A stretch of 64,000 nt of DNA, taken from assembly GCF_001194135.2 (NCBI RefSeq), contig NC_068981.1, positions 115,838,802-115,902,801 of the forward strand. The letters run 5' to 3'. This DNA comes from Octopus bimaculoides (lineage: Eukaryota). A model generated the notes under the pieces. The model saw only the letters and a list, made by a program, of their open reading frames with translations, was not told where the DNA came from and made no database searches. The translations under genes and the position numbers were made by a program. Below, one piece after another: positions 1 through 11,605 of this stretch (position 1 is its first letter; each line of letters opens with the position of its first letter).

Positions 1-336
1 AACTAATTGAGGCAATTGATTGGCTTATCTGAATAGTAATGCCAGCAGTTCCTGTCGATGAAAATTTCATGCATCATTTACTGCCAGTAGTGATTCATGC
101 TACATGTATAGGGATGCGCGTAAGTTTATTGCTCAGTGCGGGATCTTCTTTGTCTCGCTGGGGTGCGAGAGTTTCCGATGTGGAGGCTTCAAAGGAAAGA
201 CGGAATCTAAGGTTGTGCCTGCGATGACCGCTCGTCATGTACAAATATTTTCACAGCCCACGTCTATGCCCCGCGCCCCACCTGAATTTTCTCAGGCCCC
301 ACCAGTGGGGCGTACGCCCCACCTTGGGAATCACTG
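1..336. mobile_element. End of a hAT-like DNA transposon/MITE; other end outside the window
   Basis: Minus strand from 336 reads CAGTGATTCCCAAGGTGGGGCGTACGCCCCAC, resembling CAGTGxTTCCCAA-type hAT termini with a subterminal hairpin; abuts a LINE remnant. Confidence 0.45.
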
Positions 337-1040
337 ATTTGGGATATTAGCGTAGACACTTGAAAAAAATCTGCAACTTGGACACCAAGGCTAAGACGAT
401 ACTGACACATCACCTATCATACTGACAAGATCTTTGTTAAACGGAGGGATGGAACTAAAGGCATAAAATCAGTCCAAACGACTTTTCATTGCTTCATTGT
501 GTCACTTAGGTAACACATATTGAACAGGAAGTGTTGACTAAAGAAATAAGTACATCGCGTGTATAGTCATAGTGAATGTAACATCATCATTAAATTAAGC
601 AAAGGACTCCGGGTTTACAGCTGCTCCATGTGAACCAAGGCTGGTTGGACTGATTGATATATTTAGAGACTTGGAAGATAAATACTTATCATACCAGCAA
701 AAAAGTACAAGAAAAAGAAAATTATACATGGGTATTATCGCGCAAGCTAGCGAATGCCAACAACATTGACAGGAATAGCAGCTTCTCTTGGACTTGTGAT
801 AAGTACATTACATCTTATTAGAAGGTTGTGCCTTTACTGTCTAAGAACAGAAAATAGACTTTAAATACCTACTTGATCAACATAAGAGATATGGATGCAT
901 CTAAACCTCCATGTTGTGACAGAAGGGTCGATTGTTCCAAAATTATGAGTAAGGCATCACTCACGGAACGTCTATTAGAGATTTTTTATACCTATATACC
1001 ATATCCCACGACTGTGATGGCTATATCCTCGATACATTTA
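337..1040 (+). mobile_element. Heavily decayed RLE-type LINE fragment (post-RT region)
   Basis: Broken frames give DKIFVKRRDGTKGIKSVQTTFHCFIVSLR and LEGCAFTV*EQKIDFKYL, matching DRLYLKSKQGGRSLTSIQNAFECLIISLR and FEGYAFAIQEQEISTKFL of the copy at 40750-41499. Confidence 0.7.
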
Positions 1041-1069
1041 GGAAAATTCTCATATTTATCTTTAGCAAG

Positions 1070-2220
1070 TTAGGTCTCAAAATCACAGTACACAAAATGA
1101 TATTGTGATATTGTGAGATTGATTTTTCAAACACTTCCTTAGACGTAAACTTATACTCTTACAAGCTCTACTTATACTTAATGAAAAGCTTACGTATATA
1201 CACAAACTTTTGCCAACCTCTGTCGTCTTTAAAAAATTCTCAGCCAATATTAATAAAAGGATATCTAAATCTCTTCTCATCTAAGAAAGTATTCGATAAG
1301 GCAGCCGCCCGCTGGCCAAAAGTGACTTCGAAAAGAAGATAGCTTTCACTTCGACCGTAACATGAATGAATCCTAAAAATAGACTTAGGAATATTATGTT
1401 TTGCCCCCCTTTTCCTTGAATGTTAAGAAAAAAAGAAAAGCACTTCCCGGATAGCCAAAAGTATAAAAAAATCTTTAAAAAAGCCGTTCTCTGAAAGTTT
1501 CTCCTACTCGCTGTCTCAACATGAACAACATTATCACACGTAAATTAGATCAGGCATCCACGCCAAAATGTACTCAACGTCATGCATAGTTAGTTCAGTT
1601 GTATACGAAGCTGAGGCGACCTTAGTTCTGCCGAACAACATAACCAAAGAGAGAAAATATACTTGACTATAGGAAACTGACTAAAAAAATAAATATGCTG
1701 ATCACTAGTCATATTTCTAGACCGTAGACAAGAAGAGAACCACTTAGCTAGTTAGCCACATCTGGACCTGAAGGTCAGAAATACTCCACTCACCATCAAG
1801 TGGAGCATCATAGACCGATTTTCACCATACATTAAGTTCAACCAGACGCAGGCTTTCTCCATTTGCAAGATCTCAAACCGACCTATTGAACTCGAGATCG
1901 GAAAATTTGACAAGATACAAGCATCTCGACAACTTTCTGCTGTCGAAATGGAGAACACCACACTCTCTGTATTATGTATACATGCAAACTTCAACTCTTC
2001 TCCATCAGATCAACTCCATAGACCATTGTTAATTCATATATAAATTTTACCATTATCTCCTTCTTACGGACCTAAGGGACATAACTCTTATCTTCCCCTT
2101 CTTCCAATTATTCCTTTTCTCGTATATTTAACTCTGTTGTTATTTATTATTCTTTCTCGTTTTTTCTCAGCCTGATTGATTGGGATAAACTTAAAATTTA
2201 TCTAAATGAAACTTAAATTC
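1070..2220 (+). mobile_element. Penelope-like element, decayed 3' part (RT C-terminus, GIY-YIG region, 3' tail)
   Basis: Frameshifted motifs GLKITV, LDVNL, NEKLTYIH, ANINKRIS, KKVFDKAA, MNNIIT, TIKWSIIDR, KHLDNFLLSK in the order typical of Penelope ORFs; degenerate hammerhead-like motif at about 2171-2220. Confidence 0.75.
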
Positions 2221-2960
2221 AATTTCGTTAGATATGGACGTAAACAACTATAACGATAAAATCAGCAAAAGGGAACTTAACAGAAAGGTCGATAAAAACT
2301 GTTTTATAAAATGTTTAGTACAATAACTATGCCACTCTTAATCAGTATACGTTTGTATAAATAATGTATATAGTTTTTCATTGAAAATACAAACCCCTAA
2401 ACAAATATCATACTGAAATATTTTGACAATAACTGCTATATATAGATTATTCATAAAGGAAAATACTATTTGAGATGCAGTCGATGTTGGAAACTAAACA
2501 CCGGATGTCTCGGAATAGTGCCGGAAACGACCGAGCACAGTTGGTGACGACCGAGCACAGCCGGAGTCGATTGTAATAGCCAGAAGGTACTAAGCGCAAA
2601 CGCAGGCGACCGAAAATAGCTGCAAGTGATGGAATGAAGTCGGAGTCGATAAACATAGCCCAAAGCGATCAAGTACAGCAGGAAAGACAACTTGCTGTAG
2701 CTGAAGGTGGGTGGCAGGAAACATATTTTCTTGTTAACTAACATACACAGCTTTGAAAGAAAAATGAAGAAACAAAAATAAAAATGAAACGGTAGTTATA
2801 CCATCAGACTTTTAATAAATTTAAGTCACTTTCTGAACGCACATTACAAGTACTTAGTAGATTTGAGACGTTTGAACCCATATTTTGGAGGAATAAAAAC
2901 GAGATCAATATTTATAAATTGATATCCCCACCACATGATCCTTCCCTTTATCCTTCTCGT

Positions 2961-3005
2961 CGCGTCGTCGTCGTCGTCATCATCATCATCATCGTCATCA
3001 CCGTT

Positions 3006-3058
<53 letters not shown>

Positions 3059-3059
3059 T
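2961..3059. repeat. (CGT)/(CAT)n trinucleotide microsatellite
   Basis: Direct reading. Confidence 0.95.
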
Positions 3060-3427
3060 ACAGTTACAATAATTATAAGTTTTGCTTAAAATTTATTATT
3101 ATTGTTAACTGTTTACATAGACGTATTCGTACACGAAACGACGTAACTTGTAGTGCTGCTCTGAATTCTATAAGAAATCTATAGGGATAAACTTCAAAGT
3201 GAGAATATCGCTCTGCTAATACAATGTAAAGTACAATATTGAATTGTAAACCTTTATTATATTTAGTCATATATTATGGCTATGAGACGAAATATTGTGT
3301 CTTTGCTAGCAATTAATACACACACACCCAGGTGAGCACATAAGTGCAAAAGAAGGTGGAAAAAATAGTACTCGAATACCAAAGGTAGATCAATATACTT
3401 TTTATTAAAGCTGCAAAATATCAGAAA

Positions 3428-3468
3428 GCTGTTACTCAGAGTTTCACATTTCCGATCGTCACACAGTT
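3428..3468 (-). ncRNA. Degenerate minimal type I hammerhead ribozyme motif (Penelope-type)
   Basis: Minus strand AACUGU-GUGACGA-UCGGAAAUGU-GAAA-CUCUGAG-UA-ACAGC: stem I CUGU/ACAG, core with C3>G change, 1-nt-loop stem III, GUA site. Confidence 0.55.
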
Positions 3469-3725
3469 GCAATGAAAACTGTTATGATGAATGTATATAT
3501 ATAGATACATATCGTCAGTAGATCATAGATTCGAAAGAGAAGATGACTGTACCTTATAGAACAGTAGAGTAATTAGATAAAGATAGTTAATGGGATTACC
3601 AGGGTTTCACATGCAGAAAGCATTTATGGTCTCAGTCTGATGAGATGCAGTAACACTAAGCGCTTTATGGACGTGAAACCATGGGTAATCCCATACACTG
3701 GCCATAACTATCTTTATCTAATTAC

Positions 3726-3726
3726 A

Positions 3727-3804
<78 letters not shown>

Positions 3805-3908
3805 TACAGGAAGTCACCAATGGTGCAAATAATATGAAATACGTAAACAAACGAGGGAAAACGAGTGAAATACATAAACAACGAGAAAAACTGGAAAAGA
3901 TAGAAGGT

Positions 3909-3982
<74 letters not shown>
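3726..3982. repeat. (CA)n(TA)n and (GA)n microsatellite cluster
   Basis: Direct reading; explains ORF 3714-4235. Confidence 0.95.
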
Positions 3983-3986
<4 letters not shown>

Positions 3987-4134
3987 CATCCGTTTATTTA
4001 AACGTCCGTGTAGGAAAAGAAAGATGGTCACGTGTAGAAAAGAAAGATGGACGATGGTCACGTCTGAACAACAAGATTCTTTAGCGAAAGGCGTCATAAC
4101 TTGTCGGATCTTAATTTGATATAGACACTCTGAA

Positions 4135-4355
4135 GATGGCGAGCTAGCAGAATCATCAACACCCTTGGCAAAATGCATGGCATTTTGCATATCTTTACGT
4201 TCTGAGTTCAAATTCCGCCGAGACCAACTATGCAATTCATCCTTTCGGAGTAAAAAAAAATAAATAGAAGTTCTAGTTGAACGCTGGGGGTCGATGCAAT
4301 CGACTCAAGCCCCAACTCTCAAATTACTGGCCTTGTACTTGAATTTAAAACCAAT
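4135..4355 (+). mobile_element. tRNA-derived SINE, family A, with internal deletion
   Basis: GGCGAGCTAGCAGAATC head, CTGAGTTCAAATTCCGCCGAG B-box segment, CTGGGGGTCGATGCAATCGAC body shared with other copies. Confidence 0.8.
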
Positions 4356-4700
4356 TTACAGTCTAAATAATTCAAAGACATAGGGAAGTGTTGGCCTAAC
4401 TTTCAGTCTTCAGGTTAAGGTTCGTGGCCTCCGTCTGAAGAAAAACATATCTCAACGTCCAACAAATCAATAAATAGAAAGAATAAAATAAGTAAGTTGT
4501 ATAAGGAAAATGAGCAGAAAGAAAATTGAAAAACATGCGAATAACCTTCAGTATTTCATTTGGGGAATTCCTGGGTCATGGTAGATTGACATTGCCACGG
4601 ATATTTGTTGAGATTGGTAAGATAGAAAAGTGTTCACTGACACCCCTAAACCAACACTAATACTTGTTTCATACACTAGAATGATGAGTTCAGAGTTTCG

Positions 4701-5020
4701 AAAGATACACACATATATATACATTATACATTCACGCAGAATCTCTGTGACATTGTGTGTAACAAGACTACCTTTTAATTACAAGTACAATCCATCCAAA
4801 TGACTTCTATTTCCATCCACTCATAATAAAATGCACCGGAGTGGTTACCTATTGTACCTGAGACCTCGTGGTTGTGATGCGAACTATTCAACTATTTAAC
4901 CATACTACCTCTATACAGAAACATACACACACGCCCGCGCATATGATTATGTATATGCGTGTGTGTGTGGGTGCACCAGCATGACCGCAGCCACTTGGCT
5001 AAAACACATAAATAAATAAA

Positions 5021-5087
<67 letters not shown>

Positions 5088-5096
5088 ATGTGTGTA

Positions 5097-5128
<32 letters not shown>

Positions 5129-5437
5129 CTTATACACACATACACACACACTCAAACATACACGCACCCACACACACACGCATATACATAATCATATGCG
5201 CGGGCGTGTGTGTATGTTTCTGTATAGAGGTAGTATGGTTAAATAGTTGAATAGTTCGCATCACAACCACGAGGTCTCAGGTACAATAGGTAACCACTCC
5301 GGTGCATTTTATTATGAGTGGATGGAAATAGAAGTCATTTGGATGGATTGTACTTGTAATTAAAAGGTAGTCTTGTTACACACAATGTCACAGAGATTCT
5401 GCGTGAATGTATAATGTATATATATGTGTGTATCTTT
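4701..5437. repeat. Perfect 274-bp inverted repeat (arms 4701-4974 and 5164-5437) around a (GT)n spacer
   Basis: Arms read as exact reverse complements along their length; spacer 189 bp. Confidence 0.9.
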
Positions 5438-5632
5438 TATCTTTTACTTGTTTTAGTCATTAGACAGCGGCCATACTGGTGCACCACTTTGACGAATTTT
5501 TTAGTCGAATGAACTTTTAGCCCTGATACGTATTCTATCGGTCTCTTTTGCTGAATAGCTAAGATACGTGGCCGTAAACACACCATCACCGGTTATCAAG
5601 TGGTAGTGGTGGTGGCAGGACAAATGCAGACA
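5432..5632 (-). mobile_element. SINE family B, 3' half
   Basis: Reverse complement of the CCAGCATGGCCGCAGTC..TGACTGAAACAAGTAAAAGATAAAAG tail also seen at about 52800 and 63445-63490. Confidence 0.7.
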
Positions 5633-5680
5633 CAATACACCACACACACACAAACACAAACACACACACTCACACACACG

Positions 5681-5712
<32 letters not shown>

Positions 5713-5916
5713 CATACACAGTGTAACAGCAAAACTGTGATGCTCACAAATTCTTAAAACATTTTAAAACCAATGGACTTATCGATTTGCAATTTCACGT
5801 TTTTCAGTAAGACGTTCGACCATACTAACACCAGTTTTTGTATGAATCAGGGAAATGCCCATTGAGAAATTTAGCTAGAAAGAGAACAGGCTGAAGTGTT
5901 TTGGGCCAGCCTTACC

Positions 5917-6250
5917 ATGTCTTCCCAACTAACCAATGTTCAGAGTGTTAAGATCATCCAAGCCTTCAGTAATGGTACCAACATTCATTCTCTAGCTTCC
6001 ATCTTCAAAGTCCATTCAAGAACCATCAAGATTATTGTGAATAAGTTTGAGAAAGAGGGAATAGTGTAAAGGAAAACAGGATCACGAGATCATCACCACA
6101 AGAAGGATCATCATTTCAGTCTGGAGCTGAAGAGAGCAATTAGAAGAGATCCAGCTCAATCCATAAGACGCTTGGCATGTGAGACTTTCAGGAGTTTCAG
6201 CCATGACACTTCAAAGATCGGTGACAGAAACTTGAAAATGAAATCGTATT
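5917..6250 (+). pseudogene. Tc1/mariner-superfamily transposase N-terminal HTH fragment
   Basis: MSSQLTNVQSVKIIQAFSNGTNIHSLASIFKVHSRTIKIIVNKFEKEGIV*RKTGS...LKRAIRRDPAQSIRRLA...LKMKSY: two HTH-like blocks with a GRPR-position linker, one internal stop, no catalytic domain seen. Confidence 0.65.
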
Positions 6251-7641
6251 GAGATTTGTTATGTTCAGGTTTTGAATGATGCAAATACCTGGATTCTTTC
6301 TAAATATCCTGAAGCAAGAGATGAGAGAAAGGCCAAAAGATCGCTAAGGACTTACTTAAGAGGATTAGATTTAGGGCATAAGAGTAATAAGGTTACCATA
6401 AAGAAAAACATGTTCGGTTTCTGTTTTGAGATGTTATAAATATCCCACCCCAACCAAGAAACAGCCTTCGTGCCCTTTGAGTGAATCGAATCTCGACACA
6501 AGAAAGCTGTCTTATAACAAATGTCACGGTGATTTAGTAAAATTTTGTAACTCCAATTACATTCCGTTTATTCAGATAGAGCGAAAATATGTGCGAGACC
6601 CATAGCCTACTATAGACACCTTGCCACGAATATAGCAACAATCTATTAAAAATACTGTGCTCTTAATTTAGGAACTAAGGAAATAATTATCATTCTAAAT
6701 ATATCTGGTAGAGTAGAATATTTGCATTGCGTAACCATGGATTACTTAAAAACATATTGAAGATAATTTCTTTCTCCTGCTTCAAATGCAGATGAATAAA
6801 GCGTGAATGTGTAATTTTTCTCAACATATACGAATATACGAATTTTGAAAGTGTTTAGTTACAAAAAATTATTGTTTAAATGTGCCGTCGAAAGGGAAAA
6901 GATCCGAATTTTGTTTCACTATAATTATATTTCAATAAGTGATTTAGTTTTACTATTAATCTGCACTATAGAAACTGTTTGAAATTTTCAATAATTCATT
7001 TTAGGTCAAACATTGTGAAATAAGAGATTGCTCGTTACTTGATACATTGTAGACTTACTTTGGAAAAAGATTCCACTCCCTCAGATTCGGTCGTTACCAT
7101 CATGAGAGACGACTCGTTTACGAATGGATGCATATAGGAAGGTGTCCATCAGCATATTCAAAGATAGATTTATATATCTTAATGTAGACGAAACTAAATT
7201 CTTATATCTATTAGACTGAGAAACGGTAACGAAACTCCGTTGGTTTCTGAAGAGTAGTTGATCCGTGTAGTATTTGGGTTCAGAGTCGTGGACGAAATTC
7301 ATTTTATCATTTCTGTCCTCAATCTTTCGTAAGGAAAAACAGTATAAAGTCCTATACAATTAATAAATATTTAAGCTGTCAACACATATGACTATTTGCC
7401 TCCCAAGCACCAAATGGAATCTGATATACCATGCATTGAGGTTTAAAGAGAAAGAGAAAAAGATAGGGAGAAAGCGAAATGTAAAGGTGTCCCTCAAAAG
7501 AATGAATTATGGCTTGCATGTTACAATACACTGCAATACTTCAAAATCATCCGACCGTTTTCTTTACTGATAACGATCAGATATACGATACGGACGAGAT
7601 ACTCTGCTACGTTTTTGTACGAATGTAGACACGCGCACTCG

Positions 7642-7691
<50 letters not shown>

Positions 7692-7731
7692 TATGTGTGT
7701 ATGCATATATAGACACATTCATGCTTGTATG

Positions 7732-7763
<32 letters not shown>

Positions 7764-7967
7764 TAAACATATACACATATATACATATTTGTACACACAG
7801 AGATATATATGTATATGTGTATACTTTAATATATATATGTTTGTATGTGTATATATACGAATTTGAATAGAAAATTTCCTTTTCTTTGAAGCATTATTTT
7901 GAAGACGTGATTTTCATGATACATGAAACATCTTTGAGTTTAAAAACTTTTCATAAATTTCTTTGTA

Positions 7968-8030
7968 ATAAGGCGGTGAGCTGCCAGAAACGTTAGAACG
8001 ACGGGCGAAATGCTTAGCAGTATTTCGTCT
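7968..8030 (+). mobile_element. SINE family A, 5' part (A box), split by the Tx1-type LINE
   Basis: AAGGCGGTGAGCTGCCAGAAACGTTAGAACGACGGGCGAAATGCTTAGCAGTATTTCGTCT matches intact heads (for example reverse complement of 14380-14443); continues at 12497. Confidence 0.9.
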
Positions 8031-8281
8031 CTGTGAGTTGGGAGTGTTGGTATTGTTACCGAAGTACGTTGATATAGTAAGTGTAGTTTCTGTTGACTGT
8101 TCCCGTGTTGTTGCCTGTTGTATTTGCTGTACCTGTTTATATTTGTATAATAATTCGAAAACTATTGTGTGTTTTCCCATGTGTGGGGGAAACATTAATT
8201 GCTGGCAAGATGCCAAAATGCTTGTCTTCGTCTAACGAGGATTCGACAGATTTAGAGGCCAAAAAAGCGGAAAAAATATAA

Positions 8282-9056
8282 TTGAAAGCTGTTTCAGATT
8301 CGTCTGAAAATGAATTCCCAATTTTTCCGAGGACTCCCGTTGCAAGGAGGAACATCGAGGTGAAAAGCCTTCAAACGGAGGAAGGCAAACAGAAAAGAAG
8401 TTTTGCGTCTGCAGTTGGAGATAGAACTCGCCAACTGTCGACGAATAAAAGTGATTTGTTGATGTACAAGGACATGATTATAATTCAAGATGGCGTTGTC
8501 AAGGTTCAACCACCAGAAGGGTTTTAACTGACAGAAAGGAAAAAAAAACTATCATATTCAAGACGTACTGCGAAAAAGAAAGAAAAATCGAGCGAGCAAG
8601 CGAGGAGAAGGTAGAAAAATGTTTAAAGCCCATCTGGCCAGAGGGAAAAAATTCTGTACCATCAAGGTACACCTAAAGAATATTGAAACGGCACAATTGC
8701 ACTCGGTGAAATCATTGGAAACAGAAGACGTAATTTTAATACCAATATACATGGGTATGAGGATAACCAAAATACGAATACTAAAGGTCTCACCTCAATT
8801 CGACCCTATGTGGTTGATGGCGGAAGTCTTGTCAGAAAGAATACATGAGATAAACTTACTTCAGGCTACCTTCTCTGAAAAAGCAAATTGGACCGGCCAC
8901 ACGGTCCACCTGATTAATCAAACAGAACAAGCTGTATTGGAACAGCTTCCAGAAAAAATAGAAGTTGTGGAGGAGTTCTTCAACGTTTTTGTCGAGGGGC
9001 GTAAATCCTGATGTTTTCAGTGTGGCCAGCTAGGCCATATAAAAAAAAATACTGTA
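8282..9056 (+). pseudogene. LINE ORF1 (gag-like) remnant with CCHC zinc knuckle
   Basis: ORFs 8282-8527 and 8619-9011, then VEGRKS*CFQCGQLGHIKK.(Y)C (stop plus frameshift in a poly-A run). Confidence 0.75.
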
Positions 9057-9199
9057 AGGAAGGCGAGGAGGAATCTGAAGATGAGGAGGGAGAGAAAGAA
9101 AAAGAAACAGAAAAGAAAGTCACTAGCAAAAGAAAAATAGAAAATGTAAACTAACCAAAACAAATAGAACCACGACCAAAGAAGACAGCAAAAAGAGTC

Positions 9200-9732
9200 C
9201 AATCAGGCTAGTCGCTATTTATGTACCCAACATTATGGGCCCGCAAAGTGAATATTTTCGTGACCTTGGCAAGTTCCTGGCCACGTCGCATTCACTAGTA
9301 TTGTTAGGAGACTTTAACAGAATATATGACGCACACACAGATTGTGTTGGCTCAAACATGAACAGAAAATGTAACCCAGGCTTACGGGATCTGCTAAGTC
9401 ACTTTCAGCTAGCAGATCCATATAGCTTGGAACACCCGAACACTCCACAGTGTACGTGGTCAAATAGTGACGGGTCTTCCAGAACATATCTATATAAGAT
9501 TTTAATTAGAGAAACAGATAAGTCCATAGCTAAGTGTCCACAATTTTTTCTAGTCAGCTACAGTGACCACAAGATGGTTACCTGTAAACTAACGGTAGAT
9601 AAGTGGCATAGTCAGGGATCTGGCTACTGGAAACTCAATATGTTCCTTTTGGCGATTGGGAAGTACAGAACGCGGATCGAGATGTTTGTACAGAGGGCAT
9701 TAACAGGTACCATCATTAGTGGTACGCCCTAA
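9200..9732 (+). pseudogene. APE-type endonuclease domain of ORF2, N-terminal half missing
   Basis: IRLVAIYVPN, LGDFN, TWSN, SDHK, YWKLN motifs. Confidence 0.85.
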
Positions 9733-10029
9733 AAAGAGCCATCAAATATGAGACTATTAAGTTTAGCATAAGTTTAGCTAAGAAGGGACGTAGAATAGGA
9801 AATTGTCTAGTTAAGGAACTAGAAGAAACTTGGAGGACTGGTAATGCGGACCAAGCGAGGTTGAAAAGACTGGAGTTAAACCAGCATCTTGACGCCCAAC
9901 ACATGGGAAGTATTGCCAGAGCTAAGTTACGTGCGATGAGAAGTGAAGGAATCAATGCCGTTGGAAGGGCCCGAGTGGTGGAAGCTCGACAAGGAAATAG
10001 TTCCACTATTCGGTCTTTGACGAATCAAA

Positions 10030-11605
10030 ATGGTGTCTTGGCAAGCGAACCCACCCGAGAAAATGTGTGAGGCCTTTTGGGAGTACTTCGCCCAGCTGTT
10101 CGGAGGTGACGGCGGTCCTGGTGATGGGAGAGCTCTCGAGGACTTTCTTGCCGGGCTGTCGTGTCTCTCGGGGTCGGATGCGGAGTCTTGCGAAGAGTCA
10201 ATTACGCTAGTGGAGGTGATGGAGGCTTTGGCCGACTGTAAAGCGAGTAAGTCGCTGGGACTTGATGATCTTCCGTACGAGCTGTATAAATGTATGCCAG
10301 ACTTGTTCGGGAATCTACTGGCTGACGTTTACGCGAACTGGCAACAGAATGGGTTTATCCCCATATCTGTGCGCCGGGAAGTAGTGATGTTGGTCAGAAA
10401 GGACCCGGACAAGGGTGACGTTATAGAGAATTTCAGGCCCATCACTCTGTTAAACGCAGAAGTGAAGATTTTGGCCAAGGTCTTAGCGAAAAGGTTGGCG
10501 CGTGTCGCGAATGGTATAGTCGGGGAGGCACAGACATGTGCCATCGCAAGCAGAACCATTCAGGATACCCTCCATCTTATTCGCTATACCATAGAGAGAG
10601 TTGATAATAAATCTGCTAAAGGTGGGGCATTGGTACATTTGGACCAGTCTAAAGCTTTTGATAGGGTTGACCATCGATACCGGGCGGCTGTGCTTGCGCG
10701 GTTCGGCCTGGACCTTGGCTTCCTCAGGTGGTTTATCGCTTTGTACCACAACATTGACTCGATAGTTNNNNNNNNNNNNNNNNNNNNNNNNNNNNNNNNN
10801 NNNNNNNNNNNNNNNNNNNNNNNNNNNNNNNNNNNNNNNNNNNNNNNNNNNNNNNNNNNNNNNNNNNNNNNNNNNNNNNNNNNNCACTTTTGTATGTAGT
10901 GGCTCTCGAGCCCCTACTGCGAAGGCTGAGTGGCATCCCGAGAGAACCACGTCTGGAGGAGTTTGTTTGGGCTGACGCGGATGATATCACTATCAGCGTA
11001 ACCTCAGTAGCACGACTACGTGAAGTGGGAAAGACTATTGAGGCTTACGAGGAGGTGGCAGGAGCAAAGATTAGCCGGGAAAAGTCGGTCGGCTTGCAGC
11101 TCGGCACCTGGGTTGGCAAGTCGATGCCTTCAGACAGCGTTGTTGGGCGCTAGACGGAGAGACCGGTTAAGTTGCTGGGACTTGGTTTTGGACCAGGCCT
11201 CCAGGTAGAGAACTGGACAGAGGTATTGAGCAGAGTGGCTGCAGTAGTCAAGACAAAGTCTTGGCGGTGGCTATCCCTGAAAGGGAGGGCGGAGGTGGCC
11301 AATGTGTTTATTGCATCGGTCATTACCTACCGCCTGACCGTCGTGCCCTGTCCGGATTCATGGTTGATCAGGTTGGAGAGACAGCTCTTTCACTTTTTGT
11401 GGAAGTGCAGGTCGCCACTTGTTATACGCTCTGTCTGCTGTCAAAAGCCTTTAGAGGGAGGTTTAGGGATGCCTTGGTTAATGATGCGCAGGCATGCGTT
11501 GAGATTGAGGTACCTCTGGATTCTCCTGGATAGTGAACGGGTGTGGTCTCCGCTGGCCAGACAAATGTTCCCCGAGTTCAAAAGTTTTTGCAAACAGGAA
11601 GCCTG
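10030..11605 (+). pseudogene. Reverse transcriptase and downstream ORF2 region, frameshifted
   Basis: GLDDLPYELY, NFRPITLLNAEVKILAKVLAKRL, DQSKAFDRVDH, YVVALEPLLRRL, ADDIT, KISREKS, LSLKGRAEVAN, GGLGMP. Confidence 0.9.

Noticed and set aside
2470-2710. GC-richer stretch with short direct repeats and a KRKRRR frame
   Set aside because: Frames are interrupted by stops; could be a transposon part, but I cannot assign it.
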